This document shows, in pieces, positions 8,806 to 18,339 of a stretch of DNA of 64,000 bases; the first letter of the stretch is position 1; every line of letters begins with the position of its first letter. The DNA lies in IMG/VR virus record IMGVR_UViG_3300044701_003953, positions 124,001-188,000 of that record; one strand, written 5' to 3'. The notes beneath the pieces were generated by a model. The model made no database searches and was not told the origin of the DNA. It worked only from the letters and a program-made list of their open reading frames with translations. The translations under genes and the position numbers were made by a program.

Positions 8806-9178
8806 ATTGGCTAAGACTGTCCAAGTATTGTTTTAAGTCACCACCATATAGACTCAGCATAGTGGCTTCTTTTTCTTCAAACACCAAGATCTTCTTCCGC
8901 TTGCCGAACAGGAAGTAGACGCTGGGAAAGTGACGTTCCAGCTGTAGGATGTTGCCGTTGCTGAGTGGCTCGGTGAGTTCGTAGGCGTAGTGCTTGAGCC
9001 CCAAGGTCTTGGCCAGGAAAGTATAACCTTCCATGGTAAGACTCAGGCTATTGGGGTCTGTGGGGTTCGACCAGATGCGGAGACGCAGTTCTCGCTGGGT
9101 TCCTTGCGAGCCCGCCATCTCCCAGAATATCTTAGTAAGTTGAGTCTGGGTGAAATGCTTAGGGGTAGATTTGGTCAC
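8804..9178 (-). CDS. Hypothetical protein
   Basis: Probable GTG start at 9178 overlapping the upstream gene. Confidence 0.6.
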   Translation of the reverse strand: MTKSTPKHFTQTQLTKIFWEMAGSQGTQRELRLRIWSNPTDPNSLSLTMEGYTFLAKTLGLKHYAYELTEPLSNGNILQLERHFPSVYFLFGKRKKILVFEEKEATMLSLYGGDLKQYLDSLSQ

Positions 9179-9446
9179 CGGCTTTGAGCAAGACCACTGT
9201 GAATTTATCGGTCTTGAACAGGGTGTTGAGTTTCTTGGCCAAGTTGATAGCATGACCGGGGTTAGAGAAAGAAACCTTCTTATACTTGGGACCCGGGTAA
9301 GAAACTAAGATGTTGTGTGTTTTAAGGTTGATGGGGCTATTATCGTAGAAGACCGCCCAGATACCTTCACTGTTTAGCACCTGGTCACTTTTGTAAGTTG
9401 TTTTGTTTACATGTTCAACGATTACCGTTGGCTTTGGTCTTGACAT
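9159..9446 (-). CDS. Hypothetical phage protein
   Basis: 95 aa, ATAAATA at 9476-9482. Confidence 0.7.
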   Translation of the reverse strand: MSRPKPTVIVEHVNKTTYKSDQVLNSEGIWAVFYDNSPINLKTHNILVSYPGPKYKKVSFSNPGHAINLAKKLNTLFKTDKFTVVLLKAGDQIYP

Positions 9447-9500
9447 TTCCTAAATTCTCTTTTATGTGCGTACTTTATTTATCATTGATAAAGTGATACT

Positions 9501-9719
9501 TTAAAAAGCTCCGCCGTCTAATTGTACTTCGATTGTGCTTTCTTCAGAGTTTTGTTGAGATTTCGCCGATAACTCGCTGATCATGCTCAACAAAGTAAAG
9601 ATATCTGAATGCAAATTTCTGGCATCTTGGCAGGTCATAATGATGTCTTTTTTATTGGTTTGATTCATGATCTTTACACGCTCATTGAAAGCGTTGATGT
9701 GTGGTCCTGGTATGTTCAT
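9501..9719 (-). CDS. Hypothetical protein
   Basis: 72 aa, ATGA-type overlap with upstream gene. Confidence 0.65.
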   Translation of the reverse strand: MNIPGPHINAFNERVKIMNQTNKKDIIMTCQDARNLHSDIFTLLSMISELSAKSQQNSEESTIEVQLDGGAF

Positions 9720-10201
9720 GATGTTTGTTCCTTTGATTTTTCCAATTCTTTTTGTGCTTCATCCTTTGTCACAAACGGACCTATAAATCGGTGACGGTTG
9801 ATGGAAATGAGTTTGGGGCAAAATTCAATCAACCATTGGTTGCCGTAATCGACTAGATAGTAACCGGCACAGTAATAACTTTTGCTTTTATCGTTGAGGC
9901 TGTAGATTGGGAGTTGCCGACGCACATCAAACACTTCACTATAAGGGGTCTTATGGCAAGGGTAACCATAGATTTCTTTGTGTTTGCTTGCGGTCTTCTT
10001 TTTATTATGTGCTGTCAGTACACGGATATTGTACTGGCGTTTAATAGCCCGGATAGTAGGAAAATATTCTCGAGTCTGATTATGTACATAAGCAAAACCC
10101 CCGTCGTCTTTGGCCTGAATTGAGCCCACTTGACGCCCTTGTGATTCTACTACCCAAAATTTATCTTTGATAACAGGGGTGGCTGTAAGTTGTTCGATCA
10201 T
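9716..10201 (-). CDS. Hypothetical phage protein
   Basis: 161 aa, overlapping start/stop. Confidence 0.7.
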   Translation of the reverse strand: MIEQLTATPVIKDKFWVVESQGRQVGSIQAKDDGGFAYVHNQTREYFPTIRAIKRQYNIRVLTAHNKKKTASKHKEIYGYPCHKTPYSEVFDVRRQLPIYSLNDKSKSYYCAGYYLVDYGNQWLIEFCPKLISINRHRFIGPFVTKDEAQKELEKSKEQTS

Positions 10202-11187
10202 GTTTGATACTCTGCTGAAAGGAAATCTACATATTGTTGGACGTTGTCAGAGATGCGGTTGAGTTCATACTTACCGCAGAACTTGAGAAACTTGGTACCG
10301 ACTTGCCCGACATTTTTAGACACCGAGTTTTCTGCGATTGTCTCTGCTATCTTGGCCTTGACGTCATCCGGCTGTGCTGTGAGATCCACTAATGTGCGAT
10401 TGCGTTCATAATCATCTAACACACGATGCTCTACACCATTATGATCAGTCCAGCGTTGTAGCATGAGGTTGTTCCAATTGAAACCTTTCTTGCCACGATC
10501 TTCATAGGCTTCTTGTAAGCCCACTTTGTTCTTGGTGCCTTTGGTGCGCACACCGGGATAGGCTGAAAACACATTGTCAGTGGGGTCACCACGCATGCAT
10601 TTCTCAAACAAGATCCACTGTGGGTCGGGGATCTTCTTGGGCTCCTTGGTCTTTTTATCGACTACTGGCTTGCCCTTCTTGTCAAAGATACCTTCGATAG
10701 TATGTAACTCGTCGGCGATACCGTTGTATTGGTTCACGTTAGCGGCTAACAGTTGATGGAAGTCAGTGTCGCTGGAAACGATGGTATGATGATCGTCGGG
10801 ATGGCTCTGTATCCACCCTGCGATGAGATCGTCCGCTTCGAGCTCGGGGTGACGCAATACTGTACAATTGGTCTTCTCATACAAGAAAGTCTTGAGCTCG
10901 TCGAAGGCTTCCCAAAAGAGTCGATCCTCTTCTTGCTCGGCTTCTGTGAGCGCGGCCCGGGCCACGGCACGATTCTTCTTGTAAGGCTCATAAAAGTCCT
11001 TACGCCACGAACGACCTTCTAAACAGAAAACAACGTGATCGGCTCGCTGTTCGCGCCATGCTTTGGCCACGCTAGAAAGCGTGACATGGACGGCAAAGCC
11101 CAAGCGATCCCAAGTATCACTTTGTCTATGGGCCGCGTGTCGTGCGCGGAAGAAAGTATTAGCGGTGTCTACGATCAGATATCTCAT
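10198..11187 (-). CDS. T4 RNase H-like 5'-3' exonuclease (FEN/5'-nuclease family)
   Basis: LIVDTAN, FCLEG.SWRK.FY..YKKNR, LEADDLIA, SSDTDFHQL, GDPTDNV; start at 11187. Confidence 0.92.
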   Translation of the reverse strand: MRYLIVDTANTFFRARHAAHRQSDTWDRLGFAVHVTLSSVAKAWREQRADHVVFCLEGRSWRKDFYEPYKKNRAVARAALTEAEQEEDRLFWEAFDELKTFLYEKTNCTVLRHPELEADDLIAGWIQSHPDDHHTIVSSDTDFHQLLAANVNQYNGIADELHTIEGIFDKKGKPVVDKKTKEPKKIPDPQWILFEKCMRGDPTDNVFSAYPGVRTKGTKNKVGLQEAYEDRGKKGFNWNNLMLQRWTDHNGVEHRVLDDYERNRTLVDLTAQPDDVKAKIAETIAENSVSKNVGQVGTKFLKFCGKYELNRISDNVQQYVDFLSAEYQT

Positions 11188-11193
11188 AGAGTA

Positions 11194-11222
11194 ATAGTAG
11201 CAGTTTATAGTATTTTTGTCAA
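11194..11222 (-). promoter_or_regulatory. sigma70-type promoter, probably giving a leaderless RNase H mRNA
   Basis: TTGACA-17 bp-TACTAT, 6 nt before ATG, no SD. Confidence 0.7.
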
Positions 11223-11909
11223 CTGTGGATAGAGGAATTCGGCCCATTTTTGGTGAGCTTCTTTACCAAAATGGTAAGATCCCGGGGATGTTGGTTTGAA
11301 TCCCTGCGCTGATAACCACTCGAAATAAGTGCCGGACCGTTCATAAGGCGAGATATACGAATCTCCCCAATCGTATCTAGGAAAATCATTTGATCTGATC
11401 CAGTGGAAATGGCTATAGCAGTTGAAAAACAGATGTGGTATCTTTAAGCCAGAAAGTTTAAGATGGAAATCCCAGATCCGTTCGTGCCAGATCATTTCGC
11501 ATTCATTTAAACGCCGGCTCTGGGAAATGATCCAATCCCGATATCTATCCCTGAGCTCGGCCGGCACAGAGTCTCTTCCCGAGCAATTGATTTGTAACCA
11601 TTGACCGTCGTGGAACCATTCTTCTCTTTCCCAAGTAGTCCATCCGATCACTATAGCGTCGGGCCGATTAGTTGAAAGATATTCTAGTGTGGTCCTGATG
11701 ATACGATCGTTTCCGCCTGCTGATTCGGAATCGTTGAATCTTTCCCAACCGAGTTTTTCGGATAATATCGTCCCAAAGCAGACTTTTTCATTCTCTGGGT
11801 GAGGGCGACGGCCTAGATGTAAATATCGTCCGTCGTCTTCAGCGAACGCACAAGGATTGGCAGCTTCGGCACCGGCAGAATTACTGTCGCCGTTGATATA
11901 AAGGATCAT
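11205..11909 (-). CDS. SGNH/GDSL-like hydrolase-fold protein
   Basis: N-terminal INGDSNSAG; C-terminal SYHFGKEAHQKWA. Confidence 0.6.
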   Translation of the reverse strand: MILYINGDSNSAGAEAANPCAFAEDDGRYLHLGRRPHPENEKVCFGTILSEKLGWERFNDSESAGGNDRIIRTTLEYLSTNRPDAIVIGWTTWEREEWFHDGQWLQINCSGRDSVPAELRDRYRDWIISQSRRLNECEMIWHERIWDFHLKLSGLKIPHLFFNCYSHFHWIRSNDFPRYDWGDSYISPYERSGTYFEWLSAQGFKPTSPGSYHFGKEAHQKWAEFLYPQLTKIL

Positions 11910-12283
11910 GACACGGAAGTTTTGCCGCGGCCTATATCTTCTTTATCTACTCGGCGTTCCATGGTGTAATTGGCGTCCCACTGTTCGTAGTTTTCTTGTA
12001 CGACATTACGACATACGTCCTGGAACCAACGGTCGACGATAACAGATTCATCTTCGTTAGGCTTTTTTTGGTATCCGGCGCGGACTAAATTCGTGATAAA
12101 CTTGTCGTTCCAATCTAGTTCAAAAGCACCGTTACCGATGTTGTCGGGGTCTAGTTCTACCGCCACTACAGAGATATAAGGTTCACCTTTTTCTGTAGCG
12201 ATATCTTTGTCGGATTTTTTCTTAGGTGTCGCTTCTGTTTTTTTAGGTTCTGGTTTTTTCTTGAATCTATCGAATAAACCCAT
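11906..12283 (-). CDS. Hypothetical phage protein
   Basis: 125-aa ORF, operon context. Confidence 0.7.
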   Translation of the reverse strand: MGLFDRFKKKPEPKKTEATPKKKSDKDIATEKGEPYISVVAVELDPDNIGNGAFELDWNDKFITNLVRAGYQKKPNEDESVIVDRWFQDVCRNVVQENYEQWDANYTMERRVDKEDIGRGKTSVS

Positions 12284-12515
12284 GATGGGATCCTCTCATT
12301 ATCTTTATCAATGCTTCGTGTCGGTGATACCAACGATCCTCGATGATAGGATCACCGGGACCTGTGATGATCCTGCGCCCACGCACCGCTAATTCGCAGA
12401 ACAACCATCTGCGTGACATATAGCAACGCCGTGGAAGCCAACACCACACATATTGGAAGTCGGCACGGTCATCGAAGGGATCGTAAATGTGTAGGTCCAT
12501 AAACGGTATCGGCAA
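12267..12515 (-). CDS. Hypothetical protein
   Basis: 82-aa ORF immediately after queE. Confidence 0.55.
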   Translation of the reverse strand: MPIPFMDLHIYDPFDDRADFQYVWCWLPRRCYMSRRWLFCELAVRGRRIITGPGDPIIEDRWYHRHEALIKIMRGSHHGFIR

Positions 12516-13406
12516 TCAAGTGCCCCAAGCGTTACGCCAGATATCAACTTGTAGACGTGGACTGTAACGCCATCCACGTTCCATGGCCAATTTAGCGACT
12601 TCTTGTGTGTTAAGATTGTAAACTTGCGGAACACCGCCCATTGGCATGAGATACACTGGCCCACCGAATCCCGCCTCACGGAACTCAGCTACGGCACGTT
12701 CTGCGTCCTCTACGTCTTTGCGAGTAGCCACTACGAACTTGACATAAGTGTAACCGATCATCTCATAGCTCTTGATGACCTTGGGATTGATCGCCTTATC
12801 CCAGCTTTCGCCCGAGCATGGTAGTTTTGGACTCACAGAGAATGTGAGCTTGTCGTAGTCTCTACCGTTGCGTGTAAATTCTTGGAACAGGTATTCTTCC
12901 ACTTCAGGATACAAGGCTTGGCTACCATTGGTCTCAAACGTGAGATTGCGGAGTCCGTTGTCTCGACAGCGTTGGATCATGTCGGGATATAGTCGCTGAT
13001 AGCCCAGCAAAGGTTCACCACCAGTTATAACCAAATGTACATCATCATTGGCCCACTCGCCCGACCACTTTCCATTGGGAATCAATGCTTCCATTTTGTC
13101 CACGATCACATCCGGATCGTCTTGCTCATTGAACGACTTAAACTCGGGATAGATGCTCGCGTATGTGTCGCACCCCGTGGTCACTAGTGGTAGATCTTCG
13201 AACTTTTTATACTTGTCGGGATCTGCCTTGACCATGTTGATGATATCCACGACTTCTGGGTTGTGCCCTTCGAAGTCATCTGTACGGCCGAACTTCTTAC
13301 AACGGAAGTTACAACCATATGTTCGGAAGAACACGCTAGGCACACCTGCCCACTTGCCTTCGCCTTGTAGACTATAAAATATTTCTGTGTATGTGATTTT
13401 TTCCAT
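12516..13406 (-). CDS. queE: 7-carboxy-7-deazaguanine synthase (radical SAM)
   Basis: [10 protein letters not shown]...[16 protein letters not shown]...[34 protein letters not shown]; start at Met 13406. Confidence 0.93.
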   Translation of the reverse strand: MEKITYTEIFYSLQGEGKWAGVPSVFFRTYGCNFRCKKFGRTDDFEGHNPEVVDIINMVKADPDKYKKFEDLPLVTTGCDTYASIYPEFKSFNEQDDPDVIVDKMEALIPNGKWSGEWANDDVHLVITGGEPLLGYQRLYPDMIQRCRDNGLRNLTFETNGSQALYPEVEEYLFQEFTRNGRDYDKLTFSVSPKLPCSGESWDKAINPKVIKSYEMIGYTYVKFVVATRKDVEDAERAVAEFREAGFGGPVYLMPMGGVPQVYNLNTQEVAKLAMERGWRYSPRLQVDIWRNAWGT

Positions 13407-13747
13407 CAATGATTCCTTTTGCCTTGGAACACGCAATTAAACAGCATGTGACTATCTCCATCGTTGATCACACGATGGAACGCACCGTCGGGGATCAATA
13501 CTACATCGCCAGGTCCCACACTAAATGGTTCGCTGGTCTCCTCTCCTACTATCATCTGCCCACGGCCTTGTACGAAAAAGTAAACTTCTTCTTGTCCGAC
13601 ATGCCTATGACCACGAGTCTGTTGATTACGATACAGCCATGTAGAACTCAGCACGAGATTATCGAGGTCGTGGTTATCCCGGAGCACATAAACTTCGTTG
13701 TCCTTGACTACTTCGCCACCGATATCATGTATGTGATATTTCTTCAT
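13406..13747 (-). CDS. Cupin-domain protein
   Basis: [16 protein letters not shown] and [14 protein letters not shown] cupin motifs. Confidence 0.85.
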   Translation of the reverse strand: MKKYHIHDIGGEVVKDNEVYVLRDNHDLDNLVLSSTWLYRNQQTRGHRHVGQEEVYFFVQGRGQMIVGEETSEPFSVGPGDVVLIPDGAFHRVINDGDSHMLFNCVFQGKRNH

Positions 13748-14147
13748 TTAAATATCTCTTCAGTTCTTTGTCAGTGGGCTCAACGGCATAGTTATGTTTG
13801 AAAAAGATCTCATAACTGTCCGAGCCGTATTTGCCGATACCATATAACATTTTAGCATCACTGCCGTCCCAAGTCAAGTAGTCTTCGGTCATACCAAACA
13901 ACCTTTTAGTACGCACATTGACCATCCCCAATGGCCGGATCACTTCTTTGACCATCTCGGGGTCTGCCAATGAAAAGAATGCCGGGACAGGCCAGCGTTC
14001 TAGGAACTCTGGCAGCACCCGTTTCACGGGCTTGCGACCAGTTTGGTTCAGCATGATCACTGCCACCATGTGTTGCCAACGACGGACCCATTCTTCGCGG
14101 CCCGGCAGTTGTTGCTGGACCATCAGATCATCGCGCAATGGCTCCAT
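13725..14147 (-). CDS. MBD4-like HhH-GPD DNA glycosylase
   Basis: VAVIMLNQT, LYGIGKYGSDSYEIF...PTDKELKRY resembles the MBD4 catalytic domain; TAATG overlap at 14145-14149. Confidence 0.8.
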   Translation of the reverse strand: MEPLRDDLMVQQQLPGREEWVRRWQHMVAVIMLNQTGRKPVKRVLPEFLERWPVPAFFSLADPEMVKEVIRPLGMVNVRTKRLFGMTEDYLTWDGSDAKMLYGIGKYGSDSYEIFFKHNYAVEPTDKELKRYLNEEISHT

Positions 14148-14515
14148 TATCGTGTCAGGAACGGTTTGAGTTGTGGGGGAGTCCAACCTTCTGGTTTGAG
14201 AACTTTACCATCTTCGCGTTTACGGACTTTACCGGTGGCTGAGTCGATCTTAGCGAAGTTGGTGCGCATGACTTCGTTCCATGCTCCCTCTGCGTCCATC
14301 CCTGCGGAATGTATGGCACCGATAGTGACGACCAGGATATCGATCAGCGCATCGAGTTGTTCGACCGGGTCAGCGTCCACTAGAGCATGGATGAGTTCTT
14401 GATGCTCTTCGTTGATCAATTTGAGATACATGTTATATTGATCGAGATCGAACTTGCCGACTGTTTGGTCGCAGGCTCGCATGAACCGCTCTTGGTCTTG
14501 GAAAGGATTTGTCAT
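14147..14515 (-). CDS. MazG-like / PRA-PH-like NTP pyrophosphohydrolase
   Basis: LINEEHQEL, EQLDALIDILVV, EVMRTNFAK, KREDGKVLKPEGW. Confidence 0.85.
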   Translation of the reverse strand: MTNPFQDQERFMRACDQTVGKFDLDQYNMYLKLINEEHQELIHALVDADPVEQLDALIDILVVTIGAIHSAGMDAEGAWNEVMRTNFAKIDSATGKVRKREDGKVLKPEGWTPPQLKPFLTR

Positions 14516-14518
14516 TTT

Positions 14519-15043
14519 TTATCCTTCGTAGATGGCTGAGTTGGCTTCGTGCTCAAATACTTCCACAGAGCGTAACTTTACACCTTGTCCCACTGGATAA
14601 CGGGCAGAAAATGTTTTTCCATTGGGCAAGGTATATTCGCGACCTTGTTGATAGGTCTCAAGGATGTCTTGCATGGTGTTGTAGGCCAGTTCGGCGAATT
14701 TTTCGCAGCCCACTGCTTCCACGATGCGTAGGTCGCAAATGCCACCTTGCTCCTGGAGCCCCAACTTGGCCATGTTTTTAAAGATCTCAAGATGGGGATC
14801 ATCTGAGGCCACTACCAAAGTGTGATCGAACATGTATTCGCTCCACTCTTTGAATGCTTTCAGTCCACCGAAGTCCATAACCCAATTGCGATCATCAAGG
14901 GTAGTAGACTCAAATGCAAGACGAATGCCAATGCTATAACCATGCAATAGGCTGCAATGACTGTGAGTGCTACGCCATTGACGGAAACAGCACGAAAGGC
15001 CGCGGTCATTACCATAAGTTTTTGTTGAAAGGAATTTTGCCAT
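14519..15043 (-). CDS. queD: 6-carboxytetrahydropterin synthase
   Basis: HSHCSLLHGYS, WVMDFGGLK, FDHT, GCEKFAE, VEVFEH. Confidence 0.92.
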   Translation of the reverse strand: MAKFLSTKTYGNDRGLSCCFRQWRSTHSHCSLLHGYSIGIRLAFESTTLDDRNWVMDFGGLKAFKEWSEYMFDHTLVVASDDPHLEIFKNMAKLGLQEQGGICDLRIVEAVGCEKFAELAYNTMQDILETYQQGREYTLPNGKTFSARYPVGQGVKLRSVEVFEHEANSAIYEG

Positions 15044-15067
15044 CTCTAGTCTCCTGTGTAAGGGGCA

Positions 15068-15124
15068 AGTTTGATGACACGCAGAATTTATAAAGCGGGA
15101 TGAGCGTCATTGAAAGGCCGCTGG
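15068..15124 (-). ncRNA. Candidate cis-regulatory pseudoknot (preQ1-I-like riboswitch variant) in queD 5' UTR
   Basis: AGCGG/CCGCU stem, AUGACGC/GUGUCAU pseudoknot, CAUC-CC junction and A-rich 3' linker; lies between ATAAATA (15134-15140) and the AGGAG SD. Confidence 0.45.
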
Positions 15125-15148
15125 TTGAACAACTATTTATCGCAGTAG

Positions 15149-15967
15149 TCAATTGAAGAGAAAACGTCGATACCAAGGCGACTGTCCTTCTTGACGATCT
15201 ACTTCTATGTCCATGAGTTGATTATACACTATCTTCCTAGTGATATCAAGTCTTTCTTGTTTACTTTTGGCACCTAAAACTACCACAACGAAGTTTTGTC
15301 CGTTCTTTTCCACCATGAGTGCCACACACCACCCCGCGGCAAACGTGAAACCGGTCTTAGAGATCATGATTTCGTCAAACTCAAACAGCAGTGGACGATT
15401 GGTGTTCTGTAACTCTATGGTCCGGACCTTTTGTCGGAGTTTGATATCAAACAACGCCTGTTTCTGTACAGATGTTTCCACGATGAATGGGTAGCGAGCC
15501 GCGGCCTTCACCATTTCGGCTACTTCCGCAGCCGCGGCCATGTTGCCGGCATTCAGTCCCGATGGATCAACGAACTTAGCGGTAGGCATATTCAATTTCC
15601 GGGCGTGTTGATTCATGTCACGGACGAAGGCCTTTTGGCCCCCGGGATAATCGGCGGCTAGCGCATCAGCGGCTCGATTGTCGCTACGGATCAGCATGGC
15701 TCTCATGACATCTCGCCGTGTATGTGATCCTGCGGGTAATTTGCTTCCTCGGCGCACTGTGATGCGACGATCTAAGTCTTGGTCATGATCTAGTGCTACC
15801 ATAGCGGTCATGAGCTTAGTGATGCTGGCTATGCTCTTAGGAACATTAGAATCACTGTCTATCACTATTTCGTTTTTAGTGATATCATGTAACCAAATGG
15901 AAGGCGTCGATTCTTTGGCTAGTGCTGGAATACAAACCAGCGCCAAAGACAGTATCAATGATTTCAC
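15149..15967 (-). CDS. Peptidase S11 D-alanyl-D-alanine carboxy/endopeptidase (PbpG-like)
   Basis: Signal peptide; SITK (SxxK), SDN (SxN) and KTG motifs. Confidence 0.9.
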   Translation of the reverse strand: MKSLILSLALVCIPALAKESTPSIWLHDITKNEIVIDSDSNVPKSIASITKLMTAMVALDHDQDLDRRITVRRGSKLPAGSHTRRDVMRAMLIRSDNRAADALAADYPGGQKAFVRDMNQHARKLNMPTAKFVDPSGLNAGNMAAAAEVAEMVKAAARYPFIVETSVQKQALFDIKLRQKVRTIELQNTNRPLLFEFDEIMISKTGFTFAAGWCVALMVEKNGQNFVVVVLGAKSKQERLDITRKIVYNQLMDIEVDRQEGQSPWYRRFLFN

Positions 15968-16356
15968 GGTTGTTGGTAATCTTTTTTACGATAGTTGGCT
16001 TGCCCGGGTATGACCCCGCGCACACCGCCTACCGGGTCTTCTATATCGCCTTTGCGTCTCGGGATAAGATGTATGTGTGGATACATGACGGTCTGGCCAG
16101 CAGCCTCGCCCATGTTCATCCCAATGTTGAAAGCGTCGCACTCTCCGAGTTCTACCATCTGTTGACCTGATGCCCATGCCTCGTATAGCGTAGTGCTCAT
16201 CGATACTGGGTCCGTGCTCTTTGGGATAAAGAGTAAGTGACCTTTTGTGACTGGGTAAAGATCGCGGAACACGATATAAGTCATGCCTTCGCGGACCCAA
16301 TTGTCCCAGGGTGCTCTTCCTTCTGTTTTAGCGATGTAGTAATTGTCGTAGAACAT
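15964..16356 (-). CDS. HIT-family nucleotide hydrolase
   Basis: DLYPVTKGHLLFIPK, AGQTVMYPHIHLIPR. Confidence 0.9.
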   Translation of the reverse strand: MFYDNYYIAKTEGRAPWDNWVREGMTYIVFRDLYPVTKGHLLFIPKSTDPVSMSTTLYEAWASGQQMVELGECDAFNIGMNMGEAAGQTVMYPHIHLIPRRKGDIEDPVGGVRGVIPGQANYRKKDYQQP

Positions 16357-16363
16357 GATGTTA

Positions 16364-17002
16364 TTATATATTTACGGGTGAACGTTTGTCGAATAATTGC
16401 TTGACCACATCAATGGGCTGATAGAAATGTATACTAAACCAAACTCGAGGGCCTTGATTGTGTACTCTATGATACTGGGTGATGTTGATTATCGTGGGAG
16501 ACATGCTCCTCCCTGAGTAAAAGAAATCGTTTTGGTTATCGGGATCGTATACTACTCCTACAGAGTCACATATATGTAAAGGATAGACTAGACTGGCCTG
16601 ACCATTCTTGATGCTGTCGCGGTGCCTTGGTACATCATGACTAGAAAAACATACAGTGGCAGGCGTGAATGTGAGTTCAGGAAATGCCCGTTTAAATCGG
16701 TCTTCAAGGTCTTCGGTCTCATCGATGCCGCCCATGACGAAGAAGTCTTTGCTGGGACCACTCTTAGAGATCCAACCTCCCCCGGGTATCTCAGCGACTA
16801 CACTAGCGCCATCTTCGTAGAGGATATATTCTCGGTATATGTCAGTCTTGATAAAGTTATTGGCTATATCAGTGACGGTAGTCTTTAGTGCATCCCAGTC
16901 ATGATCGATATAGAGAGCAGGATGGAATCCCAGTAGCATCAGACATGCTCCTCGTTGGGATTCCAACGTCTCCACCATTCTTCCCAAGGAAACACGATCC
17001 AC
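16364..17002 (-). CDS. Possible 2OG-Fe(II) oxygenase-fold protein
   Basis: PRHRD (HxD) followed by YHRV and a distal Arg (RVWFSI). Confidence 0.45.
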   Translation of the reverse strand: MDRVSLGRMVETLESQRGACLMLLGFHPALYIDHDWDALKTTVTDIANNFIKTDIYREYILYEDGASVVAEIPGGGWISKSGPSKDFFVMGGIDETEDLEDRFKRAFPELTFTPATVCFSSHDVPRHRDSIKNGQASLVYPLHICDSVGVVYDPDNQNDFFYSGRSMSPTIINITQYHRVHNQGPRVWFSIHFYQPIDVVKQLFDKRSPVNI

Positions 17003-17514
17003 TGCGGGTCTTCGAATTTGTTGATAGTCTCGGCTGAGTAAGTTGGATGTAGTGTACTTTCACTGCTTTCGTTATCGTAAAGCACAGCCACACGCACATT
17101 ATCTCCCCAGATGCTATTCCAAACGGGATCATTGGGCATACAGCCGCCGGGCCAATCTTGCTTGATCCAGTTTAGTGTAGCACCCGAGTCATTGATATCA
17201 TCGACGATAAGGATTTTCTTTCGAAGTTCGGGGTTGCTATAGCCTGGCATGTCATCAGTGCGATGATACCCAAATGCTTCTTCGGCCATCCAAAGATTGC
17301 TTTCGCAATCACCGTCCTCGCCGCCATCACGCAATTTGACCTTAAGAGTTTCCATTGGGCAATCAAGATATTGGCTGATGAGGTTAGCAGGAACCAACCC
17401 ACCGCGAGTGATGCCTACCACATAGTCGGGCACCCAACGATCCTGCCACATCTGTCTTATCAGTTCTTGGACTTGGCGCTGGACATCTCCCCAGCTCACG
17501 TATACTTTTTTCAT
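16939..17514 (-). CDS. Type I phosphoribosyltransferase (purine-salvage, Gpt-like)
   Basis: VVGITRGGLVPA, ILIVDDINDSGATL, WIVFPWE. Confidence 0.9.
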   Translation of the reverse strand: MKKVYVSWGDVQRQVQELIRQMWQDRWVPDYVVGITRGGLVPANLISQYLDCPMETLKVKLRDGGEDGDCESNLWMAEEAFGYHRTDDMPGYSNPELRKKILIVDDINDSGATLNWIKQDWPGGCMPNDPVWNSIWGDNVRVAVLYDNESSESTLHPTYSAETINKFEDPQWIVFPWEEWWRRWNPNEEHV

Positions 17515-17915
17515 CGTTTCAATGTTTCCCAGATTTGTCGTTTTTCCAACATGCGCTTTTCAACAGCGCGATATTCGTCGCCTATCCGGCGGAGTTCTTC
17601 GAATTCTGCTTCTAGTTCGGGATTGAGCTTGACCAATCCCAGTTTACGCTCGATGGCATCCAAGATAGACATGAGGCTCTTGTCCCCGATCTCAATGTCG
17701 GCATTTTCACCCTTGAGCGAGATCTTAGCCGAATTGGGTCCCACCATCCCGGAATCGTTGAAAGTCCATGGACCATTGGTGTTGTTGGTGACAGTCACTT
17801 TCCCAAGATAAGGGGTAGCCGGTAAAGACACCGATGTGGTCATGGTGCTGTAAGTGAGATCGGTAGCCGCGTCAGTGTTCCACACCGGTGGCACGTTCTT
17901 TGAGGTATTGGTCAT
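17511..17915 (-). CDS. Hypothetical phage protein
   Basis: 134-aa ORF, operon context. Confidence 0.65.
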   Translation of the reverse strand: MTNTSKNVPPVWNTDAATDLTYSTMTTSVSLPATPYLGKVTVTNNTNGPWTFNDSGMVGPNSAKISLKGENADIEIGDKSLMSILDAIERKLGLVKLNPELEAEFEELRRIGDEYRAVEKRMLEKRQIWETLKR

Positions 17916-18339
17916 GCTTGATCCATTTATTGTTTACTAGGAATCCCCATTCTCTCTTGTGCGGTCCGGGCATAAACAACGTCCAGGCCGTCACACCTTC
18001 TTTTAGTTCGATGCGATGGTAAGAGTCGGGAGAGCAGATACGGAAATGACCGGGGCCGCGCCAGTGTCGGGTTTCCCCAATCTGTAGGCCTTGGGAATCG
18101 AAATCAGGAGTCCATTCATAGTATCCGCCACGTAAGATCAGAGTAGCATAAGGCCATGGATGGTCATGCACGTCATCGGGATCTGACTTAAGAAATTTGT
18201 GGACGAATACATTAAAAGGGAACCACTTTCGGTCGCGAAGAAAAACATAATATCTCTCCAAGTAAGGTTCGGTATCCACGCGATCCATGATCACGCGGTA
18301 GCGTCCCAACCTTTGCATGATGCTTTTAAGCAACGGCAC
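17872..18339 (-). CDS. Cupin-like phage protein
   Basis: HKFLKSDPDDVHDHPW, GGYYE, HRIEL; start uncertain (GTG 18339 or ATG 18318). Confidence 0.6.
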   Translation of the reverse strand: MPLLKSIMQRLGRYRVIMDRVDTEPYLERYYVFLRDRKWFPFNVFVHKFLKSDPDDVHDHPWPYATLILRGGYYEWTPDFDSQGLQIGETRHWRGPGHFRICSPDSYHRIELKEGVTAWTLFMPGPHKREWGFLVNNKWIKHDQYLKERATGVEH

